A stretch of 64,000 nt of DNA from assembly GCF_006345805.1 (NCBI RefSeq), contig NC_043011.1, positions 31,012,464 to 31,076,463 on the forward strand. The letters run 5' to 3'. The position numbers and the translations under genes were made by a program. Below are positions 25,103-36,966 of this stretch, piece after piece. The notes beneath the pieces are model-generated. The model worked only from the letters and a program-made list of their open reading frames with translations, made no database searches and was not told where the DNA came from. The stretch comes from Octopus sinensis (Eukaryota). How positions within the stretch are numbered: the first letter of the stretch is position 1; every line of letters starts with the position of its first letter.

Positions 25103-26162
25103 TGAGATGCATTCAAAAAGTATCCGACTTTATTTTTTCCTACCAAAACAATATGCCACATGAGCATAATCCTGGATAATTTCCTGGATTATTACACAAT
25201 GGTCTTACATGACTATTCACCAAACCTCAATCAGCTCCTTGTTTCAGCTTGTGGATGGCCTGCTTGAGTGTGCCTCGCTATCCACTGATGTACGGCCATG
25301 TCTGAAATGGTTGTACCACGCCTTGGTCTGAATTTTGCCTGTGGCATCATCGCCAAAGGCCTGCTGAACTTTCTGGATGGTTTGAGCTTGTGTGTGGAGG
25401 CGCGTGGCTTAGTGGTTAAGGTGTCAGCACCATGATCATAAGATTGTGGTTTCAATTCCAGGACCAGGCAATGTGTTGTGTTCTTGAGCAAAACACTTCA
25501 TTTCACATTGCTCCAGTCCACTCAGCTAGCAAAAATGAGTAACGCTATGATGGACTGGCATCCTGTCCAGCTGGGGAGCACATACGCCATAGAAACCGGG
25601 AAACTGGGCCCATGAGCCTGGCTAGGCTTTAAAAGGGCACGAGTGGAGGCACATAGCTTAGTGGTTAGGGTGTCAGCATAATGATCATAAAATTGTGGTT
25701 TCGATTCCAGGACCGGGCAATGTATTGTGTTCTTGAGCAAAACACTTCGTTTCACGAGCTCCAGTCCACTCAGCTGGCAAAAATGAGTAACGCTACAATG
25801 AACTGGCATCCTGTCCAGCAGGGGAACACATACGCCATAGAAACCGGGCCCATGAGCCTGGCTAGGCTTTAAAAAGGGCACATTTATTTTTATTATTTTG
25901 AGCTTGAGTATCACCAAGCTTTTGGCATAACTTAATGCAATATTTCTGCTCAATGCATTTGGTGAAAATGAAAATCCGACAAGCATGCACTACACACATG
26001 TACTCTACATGTAACAGCTGGAAAGTGACACGGCCTACAGGCACGAAAATTTTAATGCATGTGATGGAAGGGTAGCATCACCTCTCACCCAAAGGATTTT
26101 ACCAACATGGAATTAGTTTTGGTGGGAAATGATGAAATCGGATACTTTTTGAATGCACCGTG
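25103..26162 (-). mobile_element. Internally deleted mariner element interrupted by a SINE dimer
   Basis: TIRs tgagatgcattcaaaaagtatccga / tcggatactttttgaatgcaccgtg with TA flanks. Translation EQKYCIKLCQKLGDTQA...QQAFGD...WYNHF..GRTSV..SSRPSTS. Confidence 0.8.
25394..25880 (+). mobile_element. Head-to-tail pair of tRNA/CORE-like SINEs
   Basis: Two ~245-bp copies starting gtggaggc(gcg/aca)tggcttagtggttag. ttgagcttg is duplicated outside the pair. Confidence 0.8.
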
Positions 26163-26620
26163 TATAACCCTCCAGTGAAGAACGTGTAACTCATTTTACT
26201 TGGATAAGAGTTACATTATAATAATTGGCAAAAACAAAACTGTCTACTATACAAAAAACTCAAGCAAAAACACACACAGAAAAGAGACTGACTTTCAGGG
26301 ATGCAACAAGTTGAATGCTGGTGTTCAGCTTGTTGCATCCCTGCTAAAAAAACTATTGATCATTTTATCCCTAACAGGTACAATACATTTGACAGGCTTC
26401 CAATTTCCCTCACAAGGCTCAGGCTGACCTGATGTGATGGTAGAAGATACCTGCCCCAAAGTGTTGCACAGTGAGAGTGAACACACAACTTCATGATTGA
26501 GAAGTGAACTTCTTAACCATTCAACCTGATGTGAGAGCTAAGAGTCCAGTGTTGAGTAATACAGACAAGACAGATGAAGCCATGAGAGTGAAAATCAAAA
26601 CAAAAATTTGTATGCATTAC

Positions 26621-26834
26621 CTTCAGATCAATTGCTCGTCTCTCATCTTCGTTAACGCTCAGCAATGTCAAAACAACAGGCTCATGTATTTCACTGACCA
26701 AGTCACAAATGTAGTTCATAAGTTCCTTTTGATCTGGTTTCAGTATGTGTAGCTGTGCCACAATGGTACTAATCCAACAATTGTTGGTCTTATCAGACAC
26801 TAAAACATCATGGAGCAAAGTCTGCACAGCATTC
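26621..26834 (-). CDS. NCAPG: NCAPG coding exon 8 (NAVQTLLHDVLVSDK...DERRAIDLK)
   Basis: Acceptor ttttttag, donor AAG|GTAATG, 214 nt, phase 2-0. Confidence 0.9.
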
Positions 26835-29529
26835 CTAAAAAATAAATTTGTTTTTTTTTTAAATTCAATAATTATAAAAGGACAAACGCTCTAATTTAAA
26901 GGGAAAAAGTATTTCTTATTCTTTTTGTGGTGAGGCAAGGTTTTTTTTTTTTTTGCAATCTTCAAATCTTAAAAAATTATTAAGCCACAAAAGGATAAGA
27001 GATGACATCATTCTTGCTGACTCTGTCACACTATAATAAGATTTATCATCATCATTATTGCTTAACATACATTTTCCATGCTGGCAAGAACTAGACGGTT
27101 TGACAGGAACCAATGTGGCCAGAGAACTGCATCAAACTCCAGTGTTTGCTTTGGCAGGGTTTCTATGGTTGGATGATCTATGACTGGTGAGAAAGAATTT
27201 TAAGATGCTGGCCCTCACTGAAAAAATGACAAGGAACCAGGAGATGTGGTGATTTGCTGTACTTGATAAGACACATCAAGCTAAGTAAAATCACTGTCTC
27301 CTACACATACAGGCTTGCCCTTTCAGGTGCTGATGCCACTTAAAAAGCACCCATGCCAGTGGCACATAAAAGGTACCCAGCACACTGTTAAGTGGTCAGC
27401 GTAAGGAAGAGTATCCAGCCATCAAAACCATGCCACAACAGACAGGAGTCTGGACAGCTCCTTGCTAGCCAGCTCCATGTCAAACCGTCCAACCCATGCC
27501 AGCATGGAAAGAGGATATTAAACGATGATGATGATGATGATGCCCTTCCTAAAGCCAACCACTTTACAGCATTTACTGGGTGCTTTTTTCATAGCACCAG
27601 CACTGGTAACTTACAAGACAACACCTTCAACTGAGGAGTAAGGGATAGTATTAAGGGTGGAGGCTTTATTCCAGGCGATGAAAGGTTAATTTATGATAGA
27701 GGAGTCAGACACAAGTGCTTTGCAGTAGAGGAGATACATGGTTACCCTAAATGGAAGGAGAGAAAAAAGGTATGTCAGAGCACATATTTAGCTTCACCTT
27801 CTGTAGCTGTTGCCTGAAGGGGAAAACATAAGCAGAGAATCCCAAGTTTGTAGTCTGATAGAGAAAACACAGGAAGAAAACAGGTTTAGTAAAAAAAATA
27901 TGAAGAAGAGAAAATACTACAGGAATGACTGATGAGGGGAAAAAAATTAGATTAGGCTTGGCCTGGAGTGATACACAACTTTCTAGTCCAGGATGTTGTA
28001 GTGGTGGTAGAAGATTCAGAAAGATGACACATCATATCTGTGGGTCTTTTAGGCTATTGGTTGTAACATGTTAATGAATAAATCTTTGCATTCCATCCAA
28101 GGGAGTTGTGGCGATTTTCTGTACCTAAGATGTGTCAAGCTTAGTTAAATTGTGGCCATCCATACATACAGGCTTGTCCTTTACAGGTACCAGTGCCACA
28201 TAAAATACACTCATGCTGACCCATGCCAGTGGCATGTAAAAAGCATCCAACACAGTCTGTAAAGTGGTTGACATTAGGGAGGGCATCCAGCCATAGAAAC
28301 CATGCCACAAGAGACAATCGGACTCTGGACAGCTTCTCAGCTGGCCAGCTTCTGTCAAACTGTCCAACCCATGTCAACATGGAATACGAGCATAAAATGA
28401 TGATGATGGTGGTGACAACAATACAATGCAGTTTTGTATGTGTATAGCAAGTGCACCATCTCCAATATGTGACATCATTTATTCAATCATACCAAATTAA
28501 CAATACAGCCCAACAGTCCATTGGATCCTTTCAAACTGTCCAACCCACACCGGCAAAGAAAACAAACTTTAAATGATGATGATTATGATAATGTCACATA
28601 AACACATCACTAATCATTCTATATAATCATAGTCGCTAAATATTCTACAACTACACCACTCACCAAACTGTCTTCTATTTCTCTCTTATCTACAGCTAGT
28701 ATACTGATATCTGTGCCTTAAAACAAGCTGCCTCTACCTGACTTCCACCATCTAAACCGCATCGCTTCCTGTCCATTCTGATCTCACCCTTCTCCAGTCA
28801 CTGTATACTTTGTCAAATTCTTCCTTGTTTTTCTATAAGCAGGTACATGTATCACTGTGATTAAGTTTGCTTTCCAATCATGTCGTTTATATACAGTCCA
28901 CTGCATGGCATCTTAGGCAAGTGTTTTCTACTATAGCCCAAGCTGACACCAAGGCCTTGGGAGAGAATATGCTAAAAGGAAACTGAAAGAAGACTGTCCA
29001 TATAAATGCGTGAATGTGTGTGTGTATTTGTACTCTATTAAAAGTGTGTGTATTTGTATTCTATTAAAATTGAGAGAAACAAGCAGCATTGTTGTTATCA
29101 CTTCTGTCAACTAATCAACTGCTCCTCTTTATACCTTCAAAGATGTGCAACACTTGCGCAAGGTACCATGAGTAGGACTGAACCTGAAACCACATGGTTG
29201 GGAAGCAAACTCCTTAACCATGCAGCCAAGCCTGAAAAAAATTAACCTGGTTTTAAACTTTTAAAATTTGTCCAATATCAAGACAAAGACACAAACTCTT
29301 TTTCACTCTTTTTGAGATGAAGAAGGATTAAAATAATTTCACTGGTACTGGTCACTTCGAGAACTGCTGGACTAGCATTTAATATTAGGTGGATATCTCA
29401 CTTGAAAATACACAAAGTTCTACAACAGACAATGATTCCAACCAACAAATAACCTGACCACCACACAAGATGGTACCTCCAGTCTATGTAGTTAGTTAAG
29501 TTTTAACAAGTCAAAACTTTGGTTCATAC

Positions 29530-29655
29530 CTTGCAGCAATGTCTGACAAATCCATGAATTTCAACATGCCCATCAACTGCTCCACAATGAATTGAAGTTC
29601 TAACTCGTCTTCAGCAGATCTTGTTTCGGATTTAACGCAATTGTCAAGATTGCAA
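29530..29655 (-). CDS. NCAPG: NCAPG coding exon 7 (CNLDNCVKSE...ELQFIVEQLMGMLKFMDLSDIAA); not in the ORF track
   Basis: Acceptor catttcag, donor AG|GTATGA, 126 nt, phase 2-2. FI.EQL..D.S motif. Confidence 0.9.
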
Positions 29656-31655
29656 CTGAAATGAGATAATGAAATAAGAAATATTTAAATAACATTGTGT
29701 AACAAGATCTTTGTCCTTGAATAGTCAATGTAATTTCTTATTTGCTTACCCCTAGAAAGTATGAAAAATGGCTATTTCCTTACATTTTTTCAAACCCCAA
29801 AGAATCCCTTTCAACACATAGCTATGATGCTCCCCTTATGATACTCCTGCTTATGATCAGAGATTCACATACTGTCGGCCACATGCTCAAATGGTTAAAG
29901 TCAAGCAATTAACAATCAAATCTATGATATTGAGCAGAATATTTGCTTATAACAATATTTCTGCTTCAGCAGTGCTGAATCTGTTCAAAATGTAAAGGAA
30001 AATAGGTCAGTTTCAAAACATTGATGTCCAATTGACAAAAGCAATGTTTGAAAGGAATAGTAAATCATTTCCTTTGATTTCTAGATAGAAGCAAATAGGA
30101 AATAACACTTACTGGCCAAAGGCGAAAAAAATTCAAATTTTGTTACACAGTGTAATTAAATATGTATAGATGTCTTTGTGCCACCAACACTGGTTACTTG
30201 AAACCAGTGTTGGTTGGTTTGCGTCCCTGTAACTTAGCAGTTCAGCATAAGAGACCAATAGAATAAGTAAACAAAAATCCGTACTAGGATTCATTTGTTC
30301 AACTAAACCAGGCATGAGCAACCTTTTCCAAAACGTGGGCCACACAAAACATGGCTTATCATCAGATGGACCACACTAATAAAAGCATTCAAGGTAATTT
30401 TTTTGCTAGGCATGATGCCATTCAGAGATTTCTGCAAGCCAGACTGCTCATGACTGGACTTACACCCCTTAAAGCAGTGCTCCAGCATGGTCACAGTGCA
30501 ATGACTGAAACAAGTAAAAGTTAAAAAAAAAAAAAACACACACACACACACACGCACACACAAAATGAAACAAAATAGTTTTAATATTTAGGTGCTGAAC
30601 TAACAGTGAATGCGCATGGCTCAATGGTTACAACGTCAGGCTCACAATCGTGAGGTAGTGAGGTTGATTCCAAGACTAGGCTGTGTGTTGTGTTCTTGAG
30701 CAAAACACTTTTACTTATGTTGATCCAGTTCACTCAGCTGTAGAAATGAGTTGCGACACCACTGGAGCCAAACTGTATTGGCTTTTGCCTTTCCTTTGGA
30801 TAACATCAGTGGCATGGAGAGGAGAGGCTGGTATGCATGGGCAACTGCTGGTCTTCTATAAACAACCTATCCCAGACTTGTGCCTCAGAGTGGAACTTTC
30901 TAGGAGCAATCCCATGGTCATTCATGACCAAAGGAGGTCTTTACTCTGCTGAACTAACAACCAATGATGGCTTTCAAACTTTAGCATCACTAACTGAAAA
31001 CATGATGCACCTTAGCACAGAATAAAGTACAATACTGAGCAAATTAGAAATCTCAGTCTATTTAGCTAACAATCAGTCAGCACATGCATTTCATGTTTAA
31101 GCAGTTAAGAGATAAGGGGAAGTGCATCCAACCGTAACTTTAGGTGTTCAAACTGGTACCAACACAAACTATCACTAGCTAGTGTGTGTGTGTGTCAATA
31201 GATACATTTACACCATAGAAATACATCATCGTTGTTTCAACATTCACTTTTCAATTCTTGCATGGGTCAGAGAGATTTATGATGCCTTTCCAGTTACCAG
31301 CCTTAACCTGTTTCCAAGCAAACGTTTTTGCAGAATATCGGAAATAAAAAAATGACATTCATTTACAACAATCACATGATGACAAGTCAAGGTCACACAC
31401 ACACACACAAACCGACCTCGCCTGTGCTGGTGCCACGTTAAAAAGTACTCAGTCCATTCTGCAGAGTGGTTGGTGTTAGGAAAGGCATCCAGCCATAAAA
31501 ACCCTGCCAAAACAGACACAGTTGCCTGGAGTAGTTTTTCTACCTGGCCAGCTCCAGTCAGCCGTCCTACCCTTGCATGCATGGACGATGGATGTTAAAC
31601 GATGATGACCATGATGTATATTCATCATCATCATTTAACGTCCACCTTCCATGCT

Positions 31656-31696
<41 letters not shown>

Positions 31697-31791
31697 ATAG
31701 TATGACAACAAAAGAATGAATGAGACCTTGATATTATGTAAATAGAGGAATTTATCTGTAATATAATATGTGACAATTATTTGGTTGCCAT

Positions 31792-31852
31792 AATAAAACT
31801 CCGAGTTTCAGATGTTGGGGCCGAAATCTGCTCTGGCATCTCGTCAGTTATT
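31792..31852 (-). ncRNA. Minimal type I hammerhead ribozyme motif
   Basis: AAUAA-CUGACGA-GAUG...CAUC-U-GAAA-CUCGGAG-UU-UUAUU. Stem I AAUAA/UUAUU, near-palindromic stem III. Confidence 0.7.
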
Positions 31853-32923
31853 AAGACAAACAAAAATGCTGTGAAAATGACCGTTAAACAAAGGGAAATT
31901 ACTATGTGAATGACCATTATTAAGACAAACAAAAGTGCTGTTAGAATGACCATTAAATAAAGGGGAAAAAAATGAAAAAAAAAGGTGTCAATTGGAAGAT
32001 CTTAGCCAAGTGTAAGCCTTACACCAATGGCAGTGGCAAGTGCAGTCTTTGTGATATGGAAAGATGGCTCATCTGGAAAAGCATCTTAGACCCCACTACA
32101 TGTCTAAATTCAAGAACTGAACTTTCTGGATCATGTCCAAATATGGTTAAATATTTGTTACATTTTTGGTTCCCCCAAGATCACAGATAGCACCTGCTTT
32201 TTATATTGTGTCCACATACAAGCATTTTATCTCTATATATTCTTTTATATATATTTTTTTTACATATATATTTTTTATATATATATATATTTTTTTTACA
32301 TATTTTTATATCTTTATTGCTTTATATATTTTTACATATTTTTTCTGTATATTACCTTTCACCCTGCATTTTTTATTGTGCATGTGCGTATATAGACGTG
32401 TATATGAACGTATTTGTGCACATATGGGTATATATATGTGTGCGGGAGTGTACATGCATATGGTTGCATATATATGTATACATATAGGTGTGTGGGTGTG
32501 CATGCATGTGTTTCACTCGAGTGTGAGTGAGCATATGCATATATAGCATATACATATTTAGACATGTATATATAATGTGCACATATGGGCATGTGTACGT
32601 ATGTGTGCGTGTGTGCGGATATGTATATATGTACATGTGTATGGTTGCATATACATGTGCACATAGAGGCAATGTGTGTGGGTGTGCGTGCATGTGTTTC
32701 AAGCGAGTGTGAGTGAGCATATGCATATAGGCACATGTACACGGGTGTGCATGCGCACATGTGTATGTATGTACATGCGCACATTCTATAAGTGTTTTTT
32801 ACTTTCTACCTTTCAGGTTTTTTCCCTTTATTTAACGGTCATTCTAATAGGTCTTTTGTTTGTCTTAATAACAGTCACTTACTTAGTAATTTCCCTTTGT
32901 TTAATGGTCATTTTCATACCATT

Positions 32924-32984
32924 AATAATTGACAAGATGCCGAAGCAGATTTCCGCACTGACAGCCGAAACTCGGAGTTTTATT
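32924..32984 (+). ncRNA. Degenerate hammerhead motif (core mutated to UUGACAA)
   Basis: Same layout as 31792-31852 but with C3 and G8 substituted; probably inactive. Confidence 0.55.
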
Positions 32985-33018
32985 ATGGCAACTGAATAAT
33001 AGTCACATATTATATTAC

Positions 33019-33055
<37 letters not shown>

Positions 33056-33681
33056 TATATAGGTGCAGGACTGGCTGTGTGGTAAGAAGCTGGCTTCCCT
33101 ACCACATGGTTCCGGGTTCAGTTCCACTACATGGCACCTGGGGCAAGTGTCTTCTACTATAACTCCGGGCCAACCAAAGCCTTATGAGTGGATTTGGTAG
33201 ACAGAAACTGAAAGAAGCCTGTCGTGTGTGAGTGTGTGTGTTGTGTTTACCCACCCTCACCACCACCATCACTGAACAACCGATGTTGGAGTGTTTACGT
33301 CCCTGTAACTTATCGGTTCGACGAAAGAGACCGATAGAATAAGTACTAGGCTTACAAAGAATAAGTCCTGGGGTGGATTTGTTCGACTAAGAGCAGTGCT
33401 CCAACATGGCCACAACCAAACGACTGAAACAAATAAAAGAACAAAGAAAAAGAATATGTATATATACGCACGCACACACACACACAACAGGTCTATCAGT
33501 CTACCGAAATCTACTCAAGGTTTTGGTCACATCAGGGTTATAGAAGATGCTTTCCCAAGGTGTTATGCAGTGGAACTGAACTCAAAACCCTGTGGTTGAG
33601 AAGCAAACTTCTTAACCACACAACACTGCAGAAATACACACCTAACCCCCGCCTCCCCAAAAAACCCACAAATATCATTCA

Positions 33682-34050
33682 TCATTGTTCAACCGTGGTC
33701 GAGACAATGGAATTTACCATGCTACGCCAGTCTTCACGGTCCATCATAGCATTATGGAGGTCCTGTTGCTGGATGCCTGTATCCCTGGAGATTACATCAG
33801 GGTAGGAGAGTGTGTGCCCTCTGGTATTGCGAGTAGATGGCTTCCAAAGGAGAAGAGTAGAAATTGCCTCGTTTTCAGCTCTACAACAATGTCCAGCAAA
33901 CTGGACTCTCCTACCTTTTACAAGAGATAACACAGGTGGTAGTTTCCCAAGAGATGACACAGGTGGTAGTTTCCCATATATTTGCATTTTGGTTGGATGA
34001 CTCTTCCACGAGAGATTTTGAGCTCTCATATAACCATTAATAAGGGACAA
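33682..34050 (-). mobile_element. RTE-type LINE 3' coding fragment
   Basis: RRVQFAGHCCR...LLLWKP...MMDREDWRS. Internal 27-nt tandem duplication (GKLPPVSSL x2). Confidence 0.75.
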
Positions 34051-34085
34051 AAGTCAATTGATAACTAAACAGTAAAACGTCTTAC

Positions 34086-34235
34086 CTCTTAAGATAGTCA
34101 CAAAACACAATACTGTTTGGTAACACTTTTTCTAAGCTGTCTGCACCATCAACACCAAGTGAGTCCAGGTACTGACATAAAGTCTTCCAGTAGGCAACTT
34201 TTTCACAGTCAACTTCTTCTTTATTAATCAGCAAG
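34086..34235 (-). CDS. NCAPG: NCAPG coding exon 6 (LLINKEEVDCEKVAYWKTLCQYL...FCDYLK); not in the ORF track
   Basis: Acceptor gtttccag, donor AG|GTAAGA, 150 nt, phase 2-2. YW..LC.YL motif typical of CAP-G. Confidence 0.92.
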
Positions 34236-35399
34236 CTGGAAACAGAAGTAGTTTATCATTATCAGAATGACATCAATAAGTAACTGACACAAACTAATAA
34301 ATGAAAAATTAATTACGTTACCATTATACAGTTAATTCATTTATTCATTTACTATCTACCATCCTCACCAGCACTACATACAATTTAATACACTAACTTC
34401 TCAACCACACAGCTATGCCAACACCTCAGTGAGTGAATGAGAGAGAGAGTTATAATATGAAATGCACCCAAAGTTTTTCTCTCAGGAACAGAACTCTCAC
34501 CCACTGACAGACATGTTGGTCAGCCCATAGATCACCACCACATCTAAGCAACCAGTGTCTCAATCAGAGTTACTGCCCTTCTAGGGAAGAAAGTGTCACA
34601 AACTGTCTTATCACCAAAGTTTCTGTTGGACCACAGCAACAAAAGTACTTAAGCCTTTTTTGCCCAGTGCACCTGACTAACAGCAAGTTAAATGATAAGG
34701 GCGTTACTTATCTCCAAGACAGTGCTGACCAAGCGCACCTATGATCAAAGGCATTTTGAGACCAACTCATCTTTTAGGAGTATGTCGGAGTGCATTTATG
34801 TCTTTTCCTTATTTAAGAATGTAAGATGCAATCTGAAAGAGATTTGACTGCTATTTCTAGTAAGTTGGAGACCATTTATTGAAGACCAACTTATCTATAC
34901 ATTATCATCATCTAACATACATTTTAACTGCTGGCATAAGTTGGACAGTTTGGCAGGATGCAAAGGGCCCATGGACTGCAACATACTGTAGTGTCTGCTT
35001 TGGCATGGTTTCTATGGCCAGATGTCTTTCCTAATGCCAACCACTAAACAGCATGGAATGGGTCACAAGCACAAGTGATGCCGTCATGCAGGTTGCAAGG
35101 CAATGTACCCCGCAGGTGTAGGAGCAACATTATGCTAGGAGTTGAGGGAAAAGAGACAAGTAAGATTATGAATGAGTGTGATTTGAGAGGAAGATTTAGC
35201 TGTTGTTTCTCACAGGTTGAGCAATGACATAGAGGCTCTTACAAGCTCATCACATGAGAAGGTTTAGCTTACTGCTGAAGGCATTATTATCTGCAGTCAT
35301 CATAACTATGACTGTTCATTGCACAGGCATGAGTTGATAAGCTTCCTTCCATACTGGTCAGCTTTTTGCTTGAGTTTGCCATTTATTATGATCAATGCC

Positions 35400-36140
35400 T
35401 TTCCACTTCATGTTCCTTTTTGCAGTATCTTTGAACCTCAGTCTAGATATTCCATAAGTTTCTTTTCCCCTTGTATAGTTGAGAGTAAAAGATTTGTCTG
35501 GAGAGTCTGCTATTGTCCATCCTGTGTACAAACCTCAACCAACATAAATTTCTATCGTGGCACGTAAAAAGCACCCACTACACTCACGGAGTGGTTGGCG
35601 TTAGGAAGGGCATCCAGCTGTAGAAACATTGCCAGATAAGACTGGAGCCTGGTGCAGCCTTCTGGCTTCCCAGATCCCCGGTCGAACCGTCCAACCCATG
35701 CTAGCATGGAGAACGGACGTTAAACGATGATGATGATGAGAAGGATTCCAATCATAGGAAGCAGACCAGCATGCCTTAGGACCTCTTCATTCTTGATCTT
35801 GTCAAAGGGTTAGTGTTAGGGTTTTTGCAGTATCTTTTTGAACCTCAGTCTAGATCTTCCATGTTTCTTTTCCCCTTGTATAGTTGGGAGTAAAAGATTT
35901 GTCTGGAGAGTCTGCTATTGTCTATCCTGTGTATATGCCCCAACCAACATAAATTTCTATCAATGAGGATTTCCATCATAGGAAGCAGACCAGCATGCCG
36001 TAGGACCTCTTCATTCCTGATCTTGTCAAAGAAAATGATGTTCATAATTTGTTGCATCTGTCTCATCATATATGCATGTAATATGCCTACTTGAGCTTTA
36101 TAGACTGTCCAGGTTTCAACTCCATGCAGCAAGAAAGCAT
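35400..36140 (-). mobile_element. RTE LINE fragment with an internal ~205-bp tandem duplication
   Basis: LLHGVETWTVY...IRNEEVLR..GL...LCWLGHIHRI..RL..QIFY motifs. Confidence 0.75.
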
Positions 36141-36773
36141 CATATAGAGTATATAATTAACAAGTGATAACATGTTTCAGTATGTTATGTCTTGATATAT
36201 ACCATGCAACAGACTGACATTCTATCCAGGAAAAAATATCACCTTAAACACTCAACAGCTTGAAAACTGGGATAAGCTCCAGTGAGCTGTGATATCTTCA
36301 GGTAAAGACCAATAAACAAATCTAAAATAAAAGATTAAATTACCATTTTAACATCCACTTTTCCAAGCTTGCATGGGTTGCACTGAGTTTGAGGCAGATT
36401 TTCTAAGGCTGGATGCCCTTCTTGTTACCAACCCTTGTTTATAAGCAAGGTAATATTTCCCCCTGGCCAGACATGTTACCACAGATTCATTTACAACAAT
36501 TACACAATGTCAATACAAGGAGACACAAATATACATATTCACTCACATACACATAAGGGCTTCTTTCAATTTCCATCTACCAAATCCACTTACAGGGTTT
36601 TTCTCACCTATAGCAGAAGACACTTACCCAAGGTGCCACTCAGTAGGACTGAAGCTAAAATCATGCGGTTAGTAAGCAAACTCCTTAACAACACAGCTAT
36701 ACCAGCACTTATGAAAATTATAGATGAAACATTATGAAAATTATAGATGAATAAAAAGTAAAGAATAACATAC

Positions 36774-36966
36774 TCATCTGATAAAAAGGTGAAGTTTTTA
36801 ACTAATTCTTCTGCAGTATATTGCTCAAAGAGAGACAAAAGTAGCTTCTCACACTGCTTAAAACTAGTGACAACATCAAGAGAGTAAAGTAATTCAAGAA
36901 AACTACCATCACAACTTTGAAGCCAAGACTGAAACAATTTTCTGGTACAAATCTTCTTCACAGTAA
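36774..36966 (-). CDS. NCAPG: NCAPG coding exon 5 (TVKKICTRKLFQSWL...FLSD)
   Basis: Acceptor tatttcag, donor GA|GTATGT, 193 nt, phase 1-2. Confidence 0.92.

Larger units (their letters stand above)
31690..33030 (+). mobile_element. Penelope-like element: inverted pseudo-LTR, GIY-YIG C-terminal fragment, microsatellite region, sense pseudo-LTR
   Basis: 31985-32160 reads WKILAKCKPYTNGSGKCSLCDMERWLI...LNSRTELSGSC, a PLE endonuclease tail. 31760-31960 and 32820-33020 are inverted copies. Confidence 0.8.

Noticed and set aside
32166-32999. Overlapping Y/I/C/M/H-rich ORFs
   Set aside because: Products of TA/TG/CA microsatellite sequence.
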